DNA of 64,000 nucleotides from Cyanobacteria bacterium auto_48_18 (GTDB lineage Bacteria > Cyanobacteriota > Vampirovibrionia > Obscuribacterales > Obscuribacteraceae), in the NCBI GenBank assembly GCA_036170915.1, contig JAVHQC010000035.1, forward strand, positions 192,001 to 256,000, written 5' to 3'. The position numbers were made by a program, and so were the translations under genes. The notes beneath the pieces were generated by a model, which had not been told where the DNA came from, made no database searches, and saw nothing but the letters and a program-made list of their open reading frames with translations. Shown here in pieces: positions 32,364 to 42,364 of the stretch (position 1 is its first letter; each line of letters begins with the position of its first letter).

Positions 32364-34076
32364 ATGACTGAACATAAGAAAAAGTCTGATTCCCGGCCTC
32401 ATTCACGCGGTAAATCAGAAGCGAACAATATTTCCAAAGGCAACAAGCACGACAGTCCACCGGGATTTTTCGATACTGAAACGCGCCTGGCGCCAGTTAT
32501 TACGAAGGCCAACCCTGACATACAGGTAGCCTGGTACTTTCCTAATACTTACGAAATTGGCATGTCAGGACTAGGTTATCAGCTCGTCTGGTGGCTTTTT
32601 GAACAACATACAAATGTATTGATACGTCGCGGTTTCACCGACGTTGAAGAAAACAACATTGATGATTGTGAGCTTCTTGGCTTCACCGTTTCTTGGGAAT
32701 TAGACTTCATCAATATTTTAAGCATCCTGAGAAAAAAGGGTGTAGCTTTCACCGCCGAAGCTCGGCAGATGGAAAATACTGCCCCGATTATCTTCGGCGG
32801 CGGCCCAGTATTAACCGCAAATCCTGAGCCTTTTGCCGAATTCTTTGACATTATTTTGCTGGGAGACGCTGAAGCGATAGTGCCGGTTTTTGTAGACGCA
32901 TGGCAAAAAGTGAAAGATATTTCGGATCGCAAAGAGAAACTCATTGCGCTGGCGCAAACGCCGGGCATTTACGTACCATCGCTATATGCCGTTGAATACG
33001 AAGAAGCTGCAGGAGCGATCGTTTCTATCAAACCGACTGCAGAAGGTGTGCCAGAACAGGTCGTTAAGCAGGTTTATGCCACTCCTGATGATTATGTTGC
33101 GCATACGCAGATTTTAAGCAGTGCCACCGCCTGGAGTGACACTTTTCTCATTGAAGTGGTGCGATCGTGCCCTCAAGAATGTCGTTTTTGTCTGGCGAGC
33201 TTTTTGACACGACCATTTCGTGCCACCAATATCGACACCATCATCGAAAAAATAAATGGAGCCATGAAGCACACTAAGCGCATTGGTCTGCTGGGTCCTT
33301 CAGTGACTGAGCATCCGCATTTTCATCAGCTGGCAGAGCGACTCTTTGATCGAGTTGATCTGGAGATGACTGTAGCTTCAGTGCGCGCCGACAGCTTAAC
33401 AAAAACAATCTTAGCCACCATCAAAAAACTCGGCCAGCGCTCTGTCACCATTGCCATTGAATCTGGTTCTGAAAAACTTCGAACCGTTATGAAGAAAAAT
33501 CTTTCAGAGGCGGAAATTCTTCAGGCCGTCGATTTGATTGAAGAAAGCGGCCTGTCAGGTGTGAAATTTTACGGTATCGTCGGCCTTCCTTATGAAACTG
33601 ATGACGACCTGGAAAAAACCATTGAACTTATGGGTCGGCTGAAGAAAAAACACAAAAAGCTCAAGTTCGTCTTTGGTGTCAGCTCCTTTGTGCCAAAAGC
33701 GCAGACTCCCTATCAATGGTACGGACGCGACCGCGCCTGCCAGACAAAACTTGAATTTATTCGCAAGAATCTTTCTAAAATCGGCATTGAAGTAAGACCA
33801 GAGAGCCACAACTGGAGCGATATTCAGGCGCTAATTTCAAGAGGCGATCGCCGGCTCTGCCAAATTTTGATTGATATCGCAGGTACCGACGGCAAAATGG
33901 GTGCCTGGAAACGGGCCTTTCGCAATCTTCCAACAGACGTGCCCGATCTTGACTACTACGCCTTTCGCCAGATACCCAAAGATGAAATTTTGCCCTGGTC
34001 GCACCTGGTAGATCCAGCAAAAACCGCTTATCTTCTTAAACACGATCAGGCAGCCGAACTGGCTGCATTAAGCTGA
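32364..34076 (+). CDS. Radical SAM protein with B12-binding-like N-terminal domain
   Basis: FPNTYEIGMS, GGPVLTANPEP, CxxxCxxC (CPQECRFC), FVPKAQTP, C-terminal LPW. Confidence 0.88.
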   Translation: MTEHKKKSDSRPHSRGKSEANNISKGNKHDSPPGFFDTETRLAPVITKANPDIQVAWYFPNTYEIGMSGLGYQLVWWLFEQHTNVLIRRGFTDVEENNIDDCELLGFTVSWELDFINILSILRKKGVAFTAEARQMENTAPIIFGGGPVLTANPEPFAEFFDIILLGDAEAIVPVFVDAWQKVKDISDRKEKLIALAQTPGIYVPSLYAVEYEEAAGAIVSIKPTAEGVPEQVVKQVYATPDDYVAHTQILSSATAWSDTFLIEVVRSCPQECRFCLASFLTRPFRATNIDTIIEKINGAMKHTKRIGLLGPSVTEHPHFHQLAERLFDRVDLEMTVASVRADSLTKTILATIKKLGQRSVTIAIESGSEKLRTVMKKNLSEAEILQAVDLIEESGLSGVKFYGIVGLPYETDDDLEKTIELMGRLKKKHKKLKFVFGVSSFVPKAQTPYQWYGRDRACQTKLEFIRKNLSKIGIEVRPESHNWSDIQALISRGDRRLCQILIDIAGTDGKMGAWKRAFRNLPTDVPDLDYYAFRQIPKDEILPWSHLVDPAKTAYLLKHDQAAELAALS

Positions 34077-34158
34077 GATCAAACAGCCCACAAAAGCCCT
34101 TAAAACAGATAGACTGGTAAAACCTTTCTGGAAAAGATTGAAAGGCTGTTGAGCGCAT

Positions 34159-35124
34159 TTGAGCGAGGATTTTCTCATGGGTATGCCAGACGTCGACGTC
34201 AAGGTCGCTGAAAACGTAGCTAACTTGGTCCAGCCTATTCGTGACGACTTGATGAGTGGCGCTGCTGAAATAGCACTGCGAGCCATTACTGTCTATCAAA
34301 GCGTACTTTCGGATGAGCAGAAATCGCCGGAGCAACTCAAAAGCAATCTCACCTTCACAGCAAAGACCTTAATTGACGCTCAGCCGGCGATGGCACCGCT
34401 ATTTCATCTTGGCAATGACATTTTAATGACCATCGAGAATGCTCAGACTGTGGAAGATATTCGCAATCGATGCACCAATGCTCTGACGCAATTTGAAAAA
34501 ACACTCTGCGCCAGCGCCTCTACCATTGCCGACATTGCCTATGACTTAATTGACCCGGGCGAGCTTATTTTCGCCTACTCGTTCAGTTCTACCGTGGTCA
34601 GCACTTTGCTAAATGCCAGAGCGCGAGGCCGTTTCTTCAGAGTGGTATGCACAGAGGCGCGTCCAAGTATGGAAGGTAGAAAATTAGCTTCAAGGCTCGC
34701 CTCTGGTGGAATTGAAGTTATCCATACATTCGATAATGCCATGGGTCTAGTGCTAGGCAATTGTAGCGCCGCTTTTATGGGATGCGATTGTATTGCCCGC
34801 CCAGGAGTGGTCAATAAAGTCGGTTCGTGGATGTTGGCAATTGCCTGCCGCGAATTGAACGTGCCTCTGTACGCTTTGTCCGGCACTGAAAAATTTGTCA
34901 CCGACGAGAGACTTTTCGAATTTGAAAAACATGAGCGGCCCGGTGTAGAAGTCTGGGACAACACACCAAAGGGAGTGGCGGTTTTAAATCAACAATTTGA
35001 TCTGGTGCCTTTTAACTTGCTCACCGGTCTGGTTACCGAAAAAGGCATTCTTAAAGAAGTCGACATCGAGCCATATGTATCTAGCGTGTCTGTGCATCGT
35101 GCTTTGACACTCGCGGCAATCTAG
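34159..35124 (+). CDS. IF-2B (eIF-2B alpha/beta/delta, MtnA, R15P isomerase) superfamily protein
   Basis: SGA, QPAMA, YSFSSTV, TEARPSMEG, GCD, VVNKVGS, FDLVP, LVTEKG. Confidence 0.85.
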   Translation: MSEDFLMGMPDVDVKVAENVANLVQPIRDDLMSGAAEIALRAITVYQSVLSDEQKSPEQLKSNLTFTAKTLIDAQPAMAPLFHLGNDILMTIENAQTVEDIRNRCTNALTQFEKTLCASASTIADIAYDLIDPGELIFAYSFSSTVVSTLLNARARGRFFRVVCTEARPSMEGRKLASRLASGGIEVIHTFDNAMGLVLGNCSAAFMGCDCIARPGVVNKVGSWMLAIACRELNVPLYALSGTEKFVTDERLFEFEKHERPGVEVWDNTPKGVAVLNQQFDLVPFNLLTGLVTEKGILKEVDIEPYVSSVSVHRALTLAAI

Positions 35125-35135
35125 ATTTTTCGCAA

Positions 35136-36251
35136 GTGCAATTTCGCCACGAACATTTACTGGCCATAACCACTTTCTGGATCATGATGCTGCTGACCTT
35201 GGCAGCAATAAGATTCTATTTGGAAAAGCGCGGCGATAGGCGCAGCAATTACGTCTTCGCATTGCTTCTCTACACAGCTGGATTACTTAGTGCCGTGGTC
35301 AGTGGCTTTGGCATTGCGCGCGAAGGCTTTGAGCTAATCAATTTACTAGCAATGGCCATCTTTCTAGCTAGTCCGGTTTTTCTGCTTTTGGTACAAACTA
35401 TTGCCCGGCGTAACAATTTCAAAATTATAGCTAATTGCTTCTGCCTCATGGCACTGCTGGTGGTGGCAGTGGGCATTGATGCGTTTTTGATTGAGCCGCA
35501 ATGGCTTGAAACCACCCACGTGGTTTTACAGAGCGATAAAATCACAAAACCAATCAAAATCGCGGTGTTGTCTGACTTACAAACAGATCATGTAGGAGAT
35601 TATGAAGCTTCTGCCGTGAAAACTGTCATGGCCGAAAAACCAGATTTGATTTTATTGCCGGGAGATTATATTCAATGCCTGACTGAAGAAGAGCAGGGCA
35701 AAGGTCACGCTGATTTAAACAAGCTGCTGCAAGAGACTAAATTTAGCGCGCCACTTGGTGTGTATGCAGTGCAGGGAAATGTGGACTTAAACGAAGTCTG
35801 GCCGACAATCTTCGCTGATTTACCGATTACTGCAATTGAACAGACAAGAACAATCGAAAGCGGCGAGCTTTCAATCACTGGTTTAAGTTTCGCCGACTCT
35901 TTCAACACACACGCATCTATAGCGCCAAGCAAACTTGGTCGCTACCACATTGTCGTTGGTCACGGTCCAGACTTTGCTCTTTCTAGTCCTGAAGCCGATT
36001 TACTCGTAGCAGGACACACTCATGGAGGGCAAGTGCAACTACCGCTATTTGGACCACCCATCACCTTATCAAAGGTGCCACGCAACTGGGCGCAAGGAAC
36101 TAAGGAGATGCATCCGATTGAAACGCCAACCGGCAGCACCCTTATACTTTCGCGCGGTGTTGGCATGGAGCGCAGATTTGCTCCACGGCTCAGATTTCTC
36201 TGCCGGCCGCAGCTAATTTTTGTTAGACTCGAGCCCAAAACAGTCAAGTAG
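35136..36251 (+). CDS. Membrane-anchored metallophosphoesterase (YkuE-like)
   Basis: N-terminal TMs; SDLQ, PGD, GNVD, H.PD, AGHTHGGQ, SRGVG. Confidence 0.85.
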   Translation: MQFRHEHLLAITTFWIMMLLTLAAIRFYLEKRGDRRSNYVFALLLYTAGLLSAVVSGFGIAREGFELINLLAMAIFLASPVFLLLVQTIARRNNFKIIANCFCLMALLVVAVGIDAFLIEPQWLETTHVVLQSDKITKPIKIAVLSDLQTDHVGDYEASAVKTVMAEKPDLILLPGDYIQCLTEEEQGKGHADLNKLLQETKFSAPLGVYAVQGNVDLNEVWPTIFADLPITAIEQTRTIESGELSITGLSFADSFNTHASIAPSKLGRYHIVVGHGPDFALSSPEADLLVAGHTHGGQVQLPLFGPPITLSKVPRNWAQGTKEMHPIETPTGSTLILSRGVGMERRFAPRLRFLCRPQLIFVRLEPKTVK

Positions 36252-36254
36252 TTT

Positions 36255-36914
36255 CTATAGCTGATGCGGCGGCTCGTTTCCTCGAGCGGCCCGGGAGCGC
36301 TCAGATATTACTTCAGTGGCCACACGAAGCCAGGAAGGGCCTGTCACCTGTCTGAATAGCGATAGCAACCAGTACGGCATCCAAGAAGCTTCCCTTAATA
36401 TGGCCGAAACTTCGTTTTTATTCCAGAGCGTCACTACCTGCTTAACTAAGTTAAGCGTGCAGACTCCGTTTCCCAGATGCCATAACGCTCGAATAATATC
36501 GCCAGGCGTTGTGTGGGCGAGATGCTCCTTCCTTCCACTGGCTATGCGCATGCGAATGCGGCCGTTTGTGGTAAAAAACGATGTTGAGGACCTCGTCAGA
36601 GCAAAATAGTTCTTTAATTCGTCCACCGGCAATTGGCGCATCGACGCCAAACTGGAGCCATGGTCAAAAGTCTTTCGGCCAAACGAGCGCGCTTTAACAG
36701 CCGCAATTTCTTCACTGGTATAACTCGCCTTGCGTTTTGCGACGCTAACGAAAACTCCTCTCGCCAATCTCTCTATTACTCCGCTTTTCACAAGCTTATA
36801 TAAACTGTTATCTACGGCTGACCTACCACCATAAACCATACATTCGCGAGTAGTGAATATCTCGCCAGGTTTAAGTGAGCTAACAAGCTTGCGAATAAGT
36901 GACATGCAAGTCAT
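36255..36914 (-). CDS. DUF6088 / AbiEi-like winged-helix protein
   Basis: GEIFT..., AVDNSLYKLVKSGVIERLARGVF, C-terminal P.W. ATG at 36914 follows GGAGGG. Confidence 0.72.
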   Translation of the reverse strand: MTCMSLIRKLVSSLKPGEIFTTRECMVYGGRSAVDNSLYKLVKSGVIERLARGVFVSVAKRKASYTSEEIAAVKARSFGRKTFDHGSSLASMRQLPVDELKNYFALTRSSTSFFTTNGRIRMRIASGRKEHLAHTTPGDIIRALWHLGNGVCTLNLVKQVVTLWNKNEVSAILREASWMPYWLLSLFRQVTGPSWLRVATEVISERSRAARGNEPPHQL

Positions 36915-37061
36915 TGGATGCCCTCCATCAATTAGCGTCATATTTATGTACTACGCTAAAAGTGGGTAGAAAGTTCAATTTGTTGGTGTGTTTGGACAAA
37001 GTTCTGAGAAGGCCTATTTGGCTGTTTTAGTTTGGCATGGGTTTTAAAAAGTTGGAAAAAG

Positions 37062-37099
37062 GATATGGAGAGAAAAATGCGCATTTTTCTCTCCATATC
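37062..37099. promoter_or_regulatory. Perfect 38-bp palindrome (candidate operator)
   Basis: GATATGGAGAGAAAAATGC|GCATTTTTCTCTCCATATC. The palindrome is directly visible; its function is inferred. Confidence 0.6.
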
Positions 37100-37167
37100 A
37101 ATAATGTCAAAATCAAAAACCGCAAGACCAGACCTAAATCCGGCCCGCCCAACACAAACTGAACTTT

Positions 37168-38463
37168 TTATGGATACAATCCGCGCAAACGTCTCGCTTC
37201 CACAATTCGCTCAACCGCAATACTCATGGCGGCCATGCGCATCGACAGTTTTTTCTCGTGTGCGACGTCAAAAACGCGAGTGCAGACATTGTTGACGAGT
37301 CCTTCAAGTCGCACGTAGACTTCATCTTCAGTCCACAGAAGGCGCATTAGTCCCTGTACCCATTCAAAATATCCCACAGTAACGCCAGCGGCATTAGCGA
37401 GAATATCGGGCATAACGATCACACCTTTAGCGTCAAGAACATCGTCAGCGTTTGGAGTGGTAGGAGAATTAGCACCTTCCACAACAATTTTGCATTTTAG
37501 ACGATCGGCATTGCCAGCATGTAACTGGTTCGATACCGCGCATGGTGCCAAAATGTCACACTCAAGTTCAAGCAATTCTTCATTGCTGACTTTGTCAGCT
37601 TCTGGATACTCGTACATGGCGCCATTAGCGTCAATGAAAGTCATTAAGCCTTCCACATCAAGACCCTTAGCGTTATACAGGCCACCGAATGCATCTGAAA
37701 CGCCCACAATTTTAAATCCGGCTTTGCTCAAATTGCGCGCCACAGAGGAGCCCACTTGACCGAGACCTTGAATAATCACAGAGGGTGAATCACCTTTAAG
37801 GTTGGCGAATTCTGCCGCGCGACGAGCCGCTAAGGCCACGCCATAACCAGTAGATTGCAGCACTCCAAGTGAGCCGCCAAGATATTGAGGCTTACCTGTC
37901 ACCACCGAAGGTACAGTAAAACCTTTGTTGACCGAATACGTATCCATGATCCAGGCCATGGTCTGCTCGTCGGTATTGAGGTCGGGGCCGGCAATGTCTT
38001 GGGCAGGGCCAATCAGTTCAAGAATTTCAGAAGTGTAGCGGCGGGTTATGCGCTCAAGTTCACCTTTAGAAAGGGTATTAGGATCCATCCGAATACCACC
38101 ATGAGCGCCGCCGAACGGCAAATTCATGAGCGAACATTTCCAGGTCATCAGCATGGCCATAGACGCTACTTCACCGAGAGTAACTTCAGAGTGATAGCGC
38201 AAACCGCCTTTACCGGGCCCAAGAGCTAAATCGTGATGGACGCGATATCCCATGAAGGTTCTGACCGAACCGTCATCCATGCGGGCTGGAACCACTACTG
38301 AGAGCGAGCGTTTAGGATGTCGCATAGGCTCAATCACATTGTTGTCGAGCTTTAGATGCTCGGCCACCTTGTCAAGCCGTTTTTGCGCATTCAAGAAATC
38401 GGGTGTTTCCCATTCATTAGTCACTGCGCTGCCAAATCCTTTACTTTCCGTGGCGATTCCCAT
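37168..38463 (-). CDS. Glu/Leu/Phe/Val dehydrogenase family protein (GDH-like, catalytic Lys replaced by His)
   Basis: GPGKGGLRYH, MTWKC, LPFGGAHGG, VVTGKP, EGANSP, PDILANAAGV. ATG at 38463 follows GAGGG. Confidence 0.9.
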   Translation of the reverse strand: MGIATESKGFGSAVTNEWETPDFLNAQKRLDKVAEHLKLDNNVIEPMRHPKRSLSVVVPARMDDGSVRTFMGYRVHHDLALGPGKGGLRYHSEVTLGEVASMAMLMTWKCSLMNLPFGGAHGGIRMDPNTLSKGELERITRRYTSEILELIGPAQDIAGPDLNTDEQTMAWIMDTYSVNKGFTVPSVVTGKPQYLGGSLGVLQSTGYGVALAARRAAEFANLKGDSPSVIIQGLGQVGSSVARNLSKAGFKIVGVSDAFGGLYNAKGLDVEGLMTFIDANGAMYEYPEADKVSNEELLELECDILAPCAVSNQLHAGNADRLKCKIVVEGANSPTTPNADDVLDAKGVIVMPDILANAAGVTVGYFEWVQGLMRLLWTEDEVYVRLEGLVNNVCTRVFDVAHEKKLSMRMAAMSIAVERIVEARRLRGLYP

Positions 38464-38555
38464 TTTTCCCTCATTTTTTTCAGGCATATACAGGTTAAGC
38501 GGTAAGACGGTAATTGTAGCCTTATTACTTATCAATACCGGCAGATCTATTGGAA

Positions 38556-40238
38556 TTAAATTAGACTCGCCATAGCCAGCGCTTTGATTCTTTCCCCGTC
38601 CTTTCTAACCTGTTCAATTAGTGCCTCGGCTTGAGCTCGGCTAACTCTGGCAAATTCTTGTTCTTTAGCCGATGCACCAAAATCTTTTAAGTTGATAAGC
38701 ACGTTGTAATAGGCACCTTCTGCCGCAGCAGTTGCCATTAAAGCTGCAACCGCACCGTCTGAAAGTGAGCTAGGATTGCCATGCTCAACCACTTGCGCAG
38801 CTATTTGCAATAACGCAGGCGCTGCCTGCAGAACTGACAGCGGCGTACTGGTGGCGATGATATTGGCATCGACAATGGCGGCATCGCGCAAAGATTTTTC
38901 GGCCTCGCTACCCTTTGGCAGCCGCCGGGCCTCCAGAATTTTATTAAAGGCGAGCATGTCGGCATCCACAGTTTCCAACAAAGACTTTTTCAGTTGCTGT
39001 GCGTCTTCCGCCAGCTTTTCCATCAATGCTTTTTGATTTTCAAAACCTTTTTTCTCAAAAGTCAAATTGGCCACCATGGCCCCCAATGCCGCCGACAATG
39101 AGCCGCAAAGGGCAGCAGCACTGCCGCCACCTGGAGCAGGCGATTCGCTTGCCAGCTCGTCGGCGAACTGCGCAAGCGTCATATCGCGCAAGAACTTCCC
39201 TTCTGGAGCAACACGATATTCAATTATTTTCTCTCTGGCAACAAATGGCGACAGCTCTGCCAGACCAAGACTTTGTACAGCACATTCCACAATTTCACTT
39301 TCACTGACACCAGAAGAGCGCCCCTGTTTGCGCAAATAGTGTCTCCCTGCAGCAAGCATGGGCTGCAATGGCACCAAGCCAACAATTTCAGAGCCGGTAA
39401 CCCGCACACCCTTACTTTCGGCCTGGCGACAGACTTCGTCAAAGGCCTGGTGAAGCGACGTGATTTCAAAGTTGGTCAGATTAATTGATACTTGCGCTCT
39501 TTGGTACTCGTCTACATACCAGCCTACCGCCCGCACTTCTTTCAATGTGCCGGCGACTTTCACTGTATTGCCGTCAGCATCTTTTTCAATTTCTCCGGCG
39601 GCGTTTCGCTTGGCCCGACCTGCTTCTCTAATATTGAATGCGATCTCGTTAGCTATTTTTTTTGAGCGCGTGTTGAGATTGACGTTGTAGGCAATCAAAA
39701 ACTGCCTGGCACCAATGACGGTGGCACCACTGGCCGCGTTAAAAGTTTTGGGACCAAAGTCAGGAGCAAATGCACTGTCCTTCATTTTCTCATTCAGCGC
39801 TTCGTATTCGCCTTGACGAATGTCAGCCAGGCTGCGTCTTTCCGCTTTTTGTGCTGCTTCTGCATAAAGGTAAATCGGAATGCCCAGATCGCGGCCCACA
39901 CGCTCACCTAACTTTTGTGCCAGCTCTACGCACTGGGCCATAGAAACTCCGCTTACCGGCACAAACGGACAAACATCAGTAGCCCCCATGCGCGGATGCT
40001 CACCGCGATGCTTGCGCATATCAATCAACTGGGCTGCGCGCATAATGGCTTGATAAGCGGCTTCCACAACCTGTTCAGGCTGACCGACGAAGGTAACGAC
40101 TGTACGGTTCGTGCTGTATCCGGGATCTACATCTAGTAAATTGACACCACTGACAGCACGAATGGCATCAGTAATTGCATCGATTACTTTTTCGTTGCGG
40201 CCTTCCGAAAAATTTGGAACGCACTCTACAAGCTGCAT
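38556..40238 (-). CDS. ftcd: Bifunctional glutamate formiminotransferase / formiminotetrahydrofolate cyclodeaminase
   Basis: ECVPNFSEGR, NRTV, HPRMGATDVCPF, PAPGGGS, NVLINL. Confidence 0.93.
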   Translation of the reverse strand: MQLVECVPNFSEGRNEKVIDAITDAIRAVSGVNLLDVDPGYSTNRTVVTFVGQPEQVVEAAYQAIMRAAQLIDMRKHRGEHPRMGATDVCPFVPVSGVSMAQCVELAQKLGERVGRDLGIPIYLYAEAAQKAERRSLADIRQGEYEALNEKMKDSAFAPDFGPKTFNAASGATVIGARQFLIAYNVNLNTRSKKIANEIAFNIREAGRAKRNAAGEIEKDADGNTVKVAGTLKEVRAVGWYVDEYQRAQVSINLTNFEITSLHQAFDEVCRQAESKGVRVTGSEIVGLVPLQPMLAAGRHYLRKQGRSSGVSESEIVECAVQSLGLAELSPFVAREKIIEYRVAPEGKFLRDMTLAQFADELASESPAPGGGSAAALCGSLSAALGAMVANLTFEKKGFENQKALMEKLAEDAQQLKKSLLETVDADMLAFNKILEARRLPKGSEAEKSLRDAAIVDANIIATSTPLSVLQAAPALLQIAAQVVEHGNPSSLSDGAVAALMATAAAEGAYYNVLINLKDFGASAKEQEFARVSRAQAEALIEQVRKDGERIKALAMASLI

Positions 40239-40269
40239 GGACCCTCCAGATTGTTAACACCAGTATTTT

Positions 40270-41319
40270 TTACAGTTTCTTTTGAATGCGCTTTTTCATT
40301 ACTGCCGATCCATATGTGTGCTTGAGGGTGAAGAAAAGCGCAATAATCGAAATCGATACCCACCAGAAAACCCAGAATATCGGCAAGGTAAAAGGCACCA
40401 TTTTCGCCATCGCAGTGGCGTCGCTAAATCCACCGCCTGCCAAACCTAAGGAATGCGGGACCAGCACCCAGAGCAGAGATAGAGAGCTCAGTGTGGTCTG
40501 CACCGCCAAAAATAGTACCATCAGATTCGCCATTGCAGGTTTTAGTTTCCGGCCCAGCCAAAAACAGACAGCCCCCATTCCGAATCCCCAAATTAAGCTA
40601 ATAACTGATTCTAAGAAATGCAGCGGATTGAGCAGCCCAGGTACGATAAACACAATTGTGCTCAGAATCATACATACGCCAAGGGCCGACAAAATTAATT
40701 TCGAAAAGCGCGGATACTGACCAAGATAAATGAGCAAGCAACCAAACAAAGTGGTGCCTACATAGCCCGCCTGCGTAATGAGAAAATTCCAGCCACCTTC
40801 AGTAAAGGTCAGCCCACCGTGGCCCTGCCCATCGGCGGCAATTGTCAGGCCGATTACGTGCCCTCCAGTTAGCACCGCCGCAAAAGCGTGTCCCAACTCG
40901 TGCACCATGGTGACAAACTGATTGACTGGCGTGAGCAACAAATTGACAATGGGCACATTAGCAAGCAAAACGCTGAGTACAACAATCACCCAGAAGGCCG
41001 TCATATTCCATCTAGGATCGTGCATAAAACTAAGTTGTGACGCTGCGTCACCACCACCGGTGACAACGGCAATTTCTTTTTCTTTGGTTTTACTGGGCTT
41101 CTCTTTGGCCGCTTGTTTCTGTTGCTTCACCGGTGCGGGCAAATCAGACTTTGGCTGATCTGTAATTTTTACTTTGCGCTCCGCATCAATTTCCATCTCA
41201 GCTTCCAGCCTGGCCAGACGTTCTTGCACTGTCTCGGTAACTTTCAAATCTGGTTGCGCATCTTTAAACTGCGGCTTGGCTGCAGACTGCTTTTTTTTGG
41301 GCTCTTGATTGGCAGACAT
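40270..41319 (-). CDS. M50B-like membrane metallopeptidase
   Basis: HELGH, AGY, SDA motifs; multiple TMs after a charged N-terminal extension. Confidence 0.85.
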   Translation of the reverse strand: MSANQEPKKKQSAAKPQFKDAQPDLKVTETVQERLARLEAEMEIDAERKVKITDQPKSDLPAPVKQQKQAAKEKPSKTKEKEIAVVTGGGDAASQLSFMHDPRWNMTAFWVIVVLSVLLANVPIVNLLLTPVNQFVTMVHELGHAFAAVLTGGHVIGLTIAADGQGHGGLTFTEGGWNFLITQAGYVGTTLFGCLLIYLGQYPRFSKLILSALGVCMILSTIVFIVPGLLNPLHFLESVISLIWGFGMGAVCFWLGRKLKPAMANLMVLFLAVQTTLSSLSLLWVLVPHSLGLAGGGFSDATAMAKMVPFTLPIFWVFWWVSISIIALFFTLKHTYGSAVMKKRIQKKL

Positions 41320-41417
41320 GGATGATTTCTATTCTCAACAGAATGCTGCGAGTGCTCAGCTGCTAGACTTGCCCTGGGAAATGAAAATGATAGCTTAAAA
41401 AGCAGTCTAAAGCGGCT

Positions 41418-42305
41418 ATGCACCTAAACTTACTAATAGTTATCAGTTTACTCTGCTGGAGCACCTGGGGCCTATTTGATAAAAAAGCGCTGGATGGCGC
41501 CGGGCACCTTGATGTTTTACTGTTTCAACATTGCTTCTACCTGCTGGAAGTGCCCGTCGGCTGGTTGCTGCTCAGCTGGCTTCATCATAATTCGTGGCAC
41601 GTCAGCTCAGAGACATGGCTCTGGACGGCTTTCGGCACACTGTCATCTTCGAGCGCCACGCTGTTCTATCTAGTTGCCATGTCTCGTGCAGAGGCCAGTT
41701 TCGTGTTAGGTATAACCGCTGGCTACCCGCTCGTAGTGCAAATCTTAGCCTTTTTCTACTTGCACGAAGCGCTGGTTCCAGAACGACTTATCGGCTCGGT
41801 GCTTGTGGGTGCGGGCGTTGCACTGGTGGGCTCTTCAGCCAGTAAGACCACAGACATGGCTAAACGCAATCAGAAGCTGGTGCTGCTCATGTGTTTACTG
41901 GCAACCGTACTCTGGGGCGCCACGGGCCTTTTTGACAAAAAGGCCCTTGACTTTGATGAACCTTTGCGAGTTTATTATGCCCGTGCAGTCTGGGACGCCG
42001 TGCTATTGGCGTTAATGCTCCTGATTTATCGGCGCATCAAATATAAGGTCGCTTGGGGCAGTGGAGTGGCCTGGAAATATTCCACCCTATCAGCCTTCTG
42101 CCTTGCTCTTGGCACGCTCACCTATATGTTTGCCATGACCATGGCCACAGCCTCGTATGTAATTGTCATCACCGGCTGCTATCCGCTTTTAATGTACCTT
42201 GGGGCGGTGATTTTTCTCAAAGAAAAATTGAGTAAAATGCGTCTGGCCGGCGTAGTCTTGGTGGTGCTTGGTGGTTTGCTGGTGCAAAACACACAAAGTC
42301 AGTGA
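41418..42305 (+). CDS. EamA/DMT family transporter
   Basis: Two homologous halves (WG..DKKAL ... YPL ... L.E.L); about 10 TMs. Confidence 0.87.
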   Translation: MHLNLLIVISLLCWSTWGLFDKKALDGAGHLDVLLFQHCFYLLEVPVGWLLLSWLHHNSWHVSSETWLWTAFGTLSSSSATLFYLVAMSRAEASFVLGITAGYPLVVQILAFFYLHEALVPERLIGSVLVGAGVALVGSSASKTTDMAKRNQKLVLLMCLLATVLWGATGLFDKKALDFDEPLRVYYARAVWDAVLLALMLLIYRRIKYKVAWGSGVAWKYSTLSAFCLALGTLTYMFAMTMATASYVIVITGCYPLLMYLGAVIFLKEKLSKMRLAGVVLVVLGGLLVQNTQSQ

Positions 42306-42364
42306 GCTTAAAAGTCTGGGCATAATAACTTTCAGACAGAGATTGATCGAGGAGCAAGCAACAT

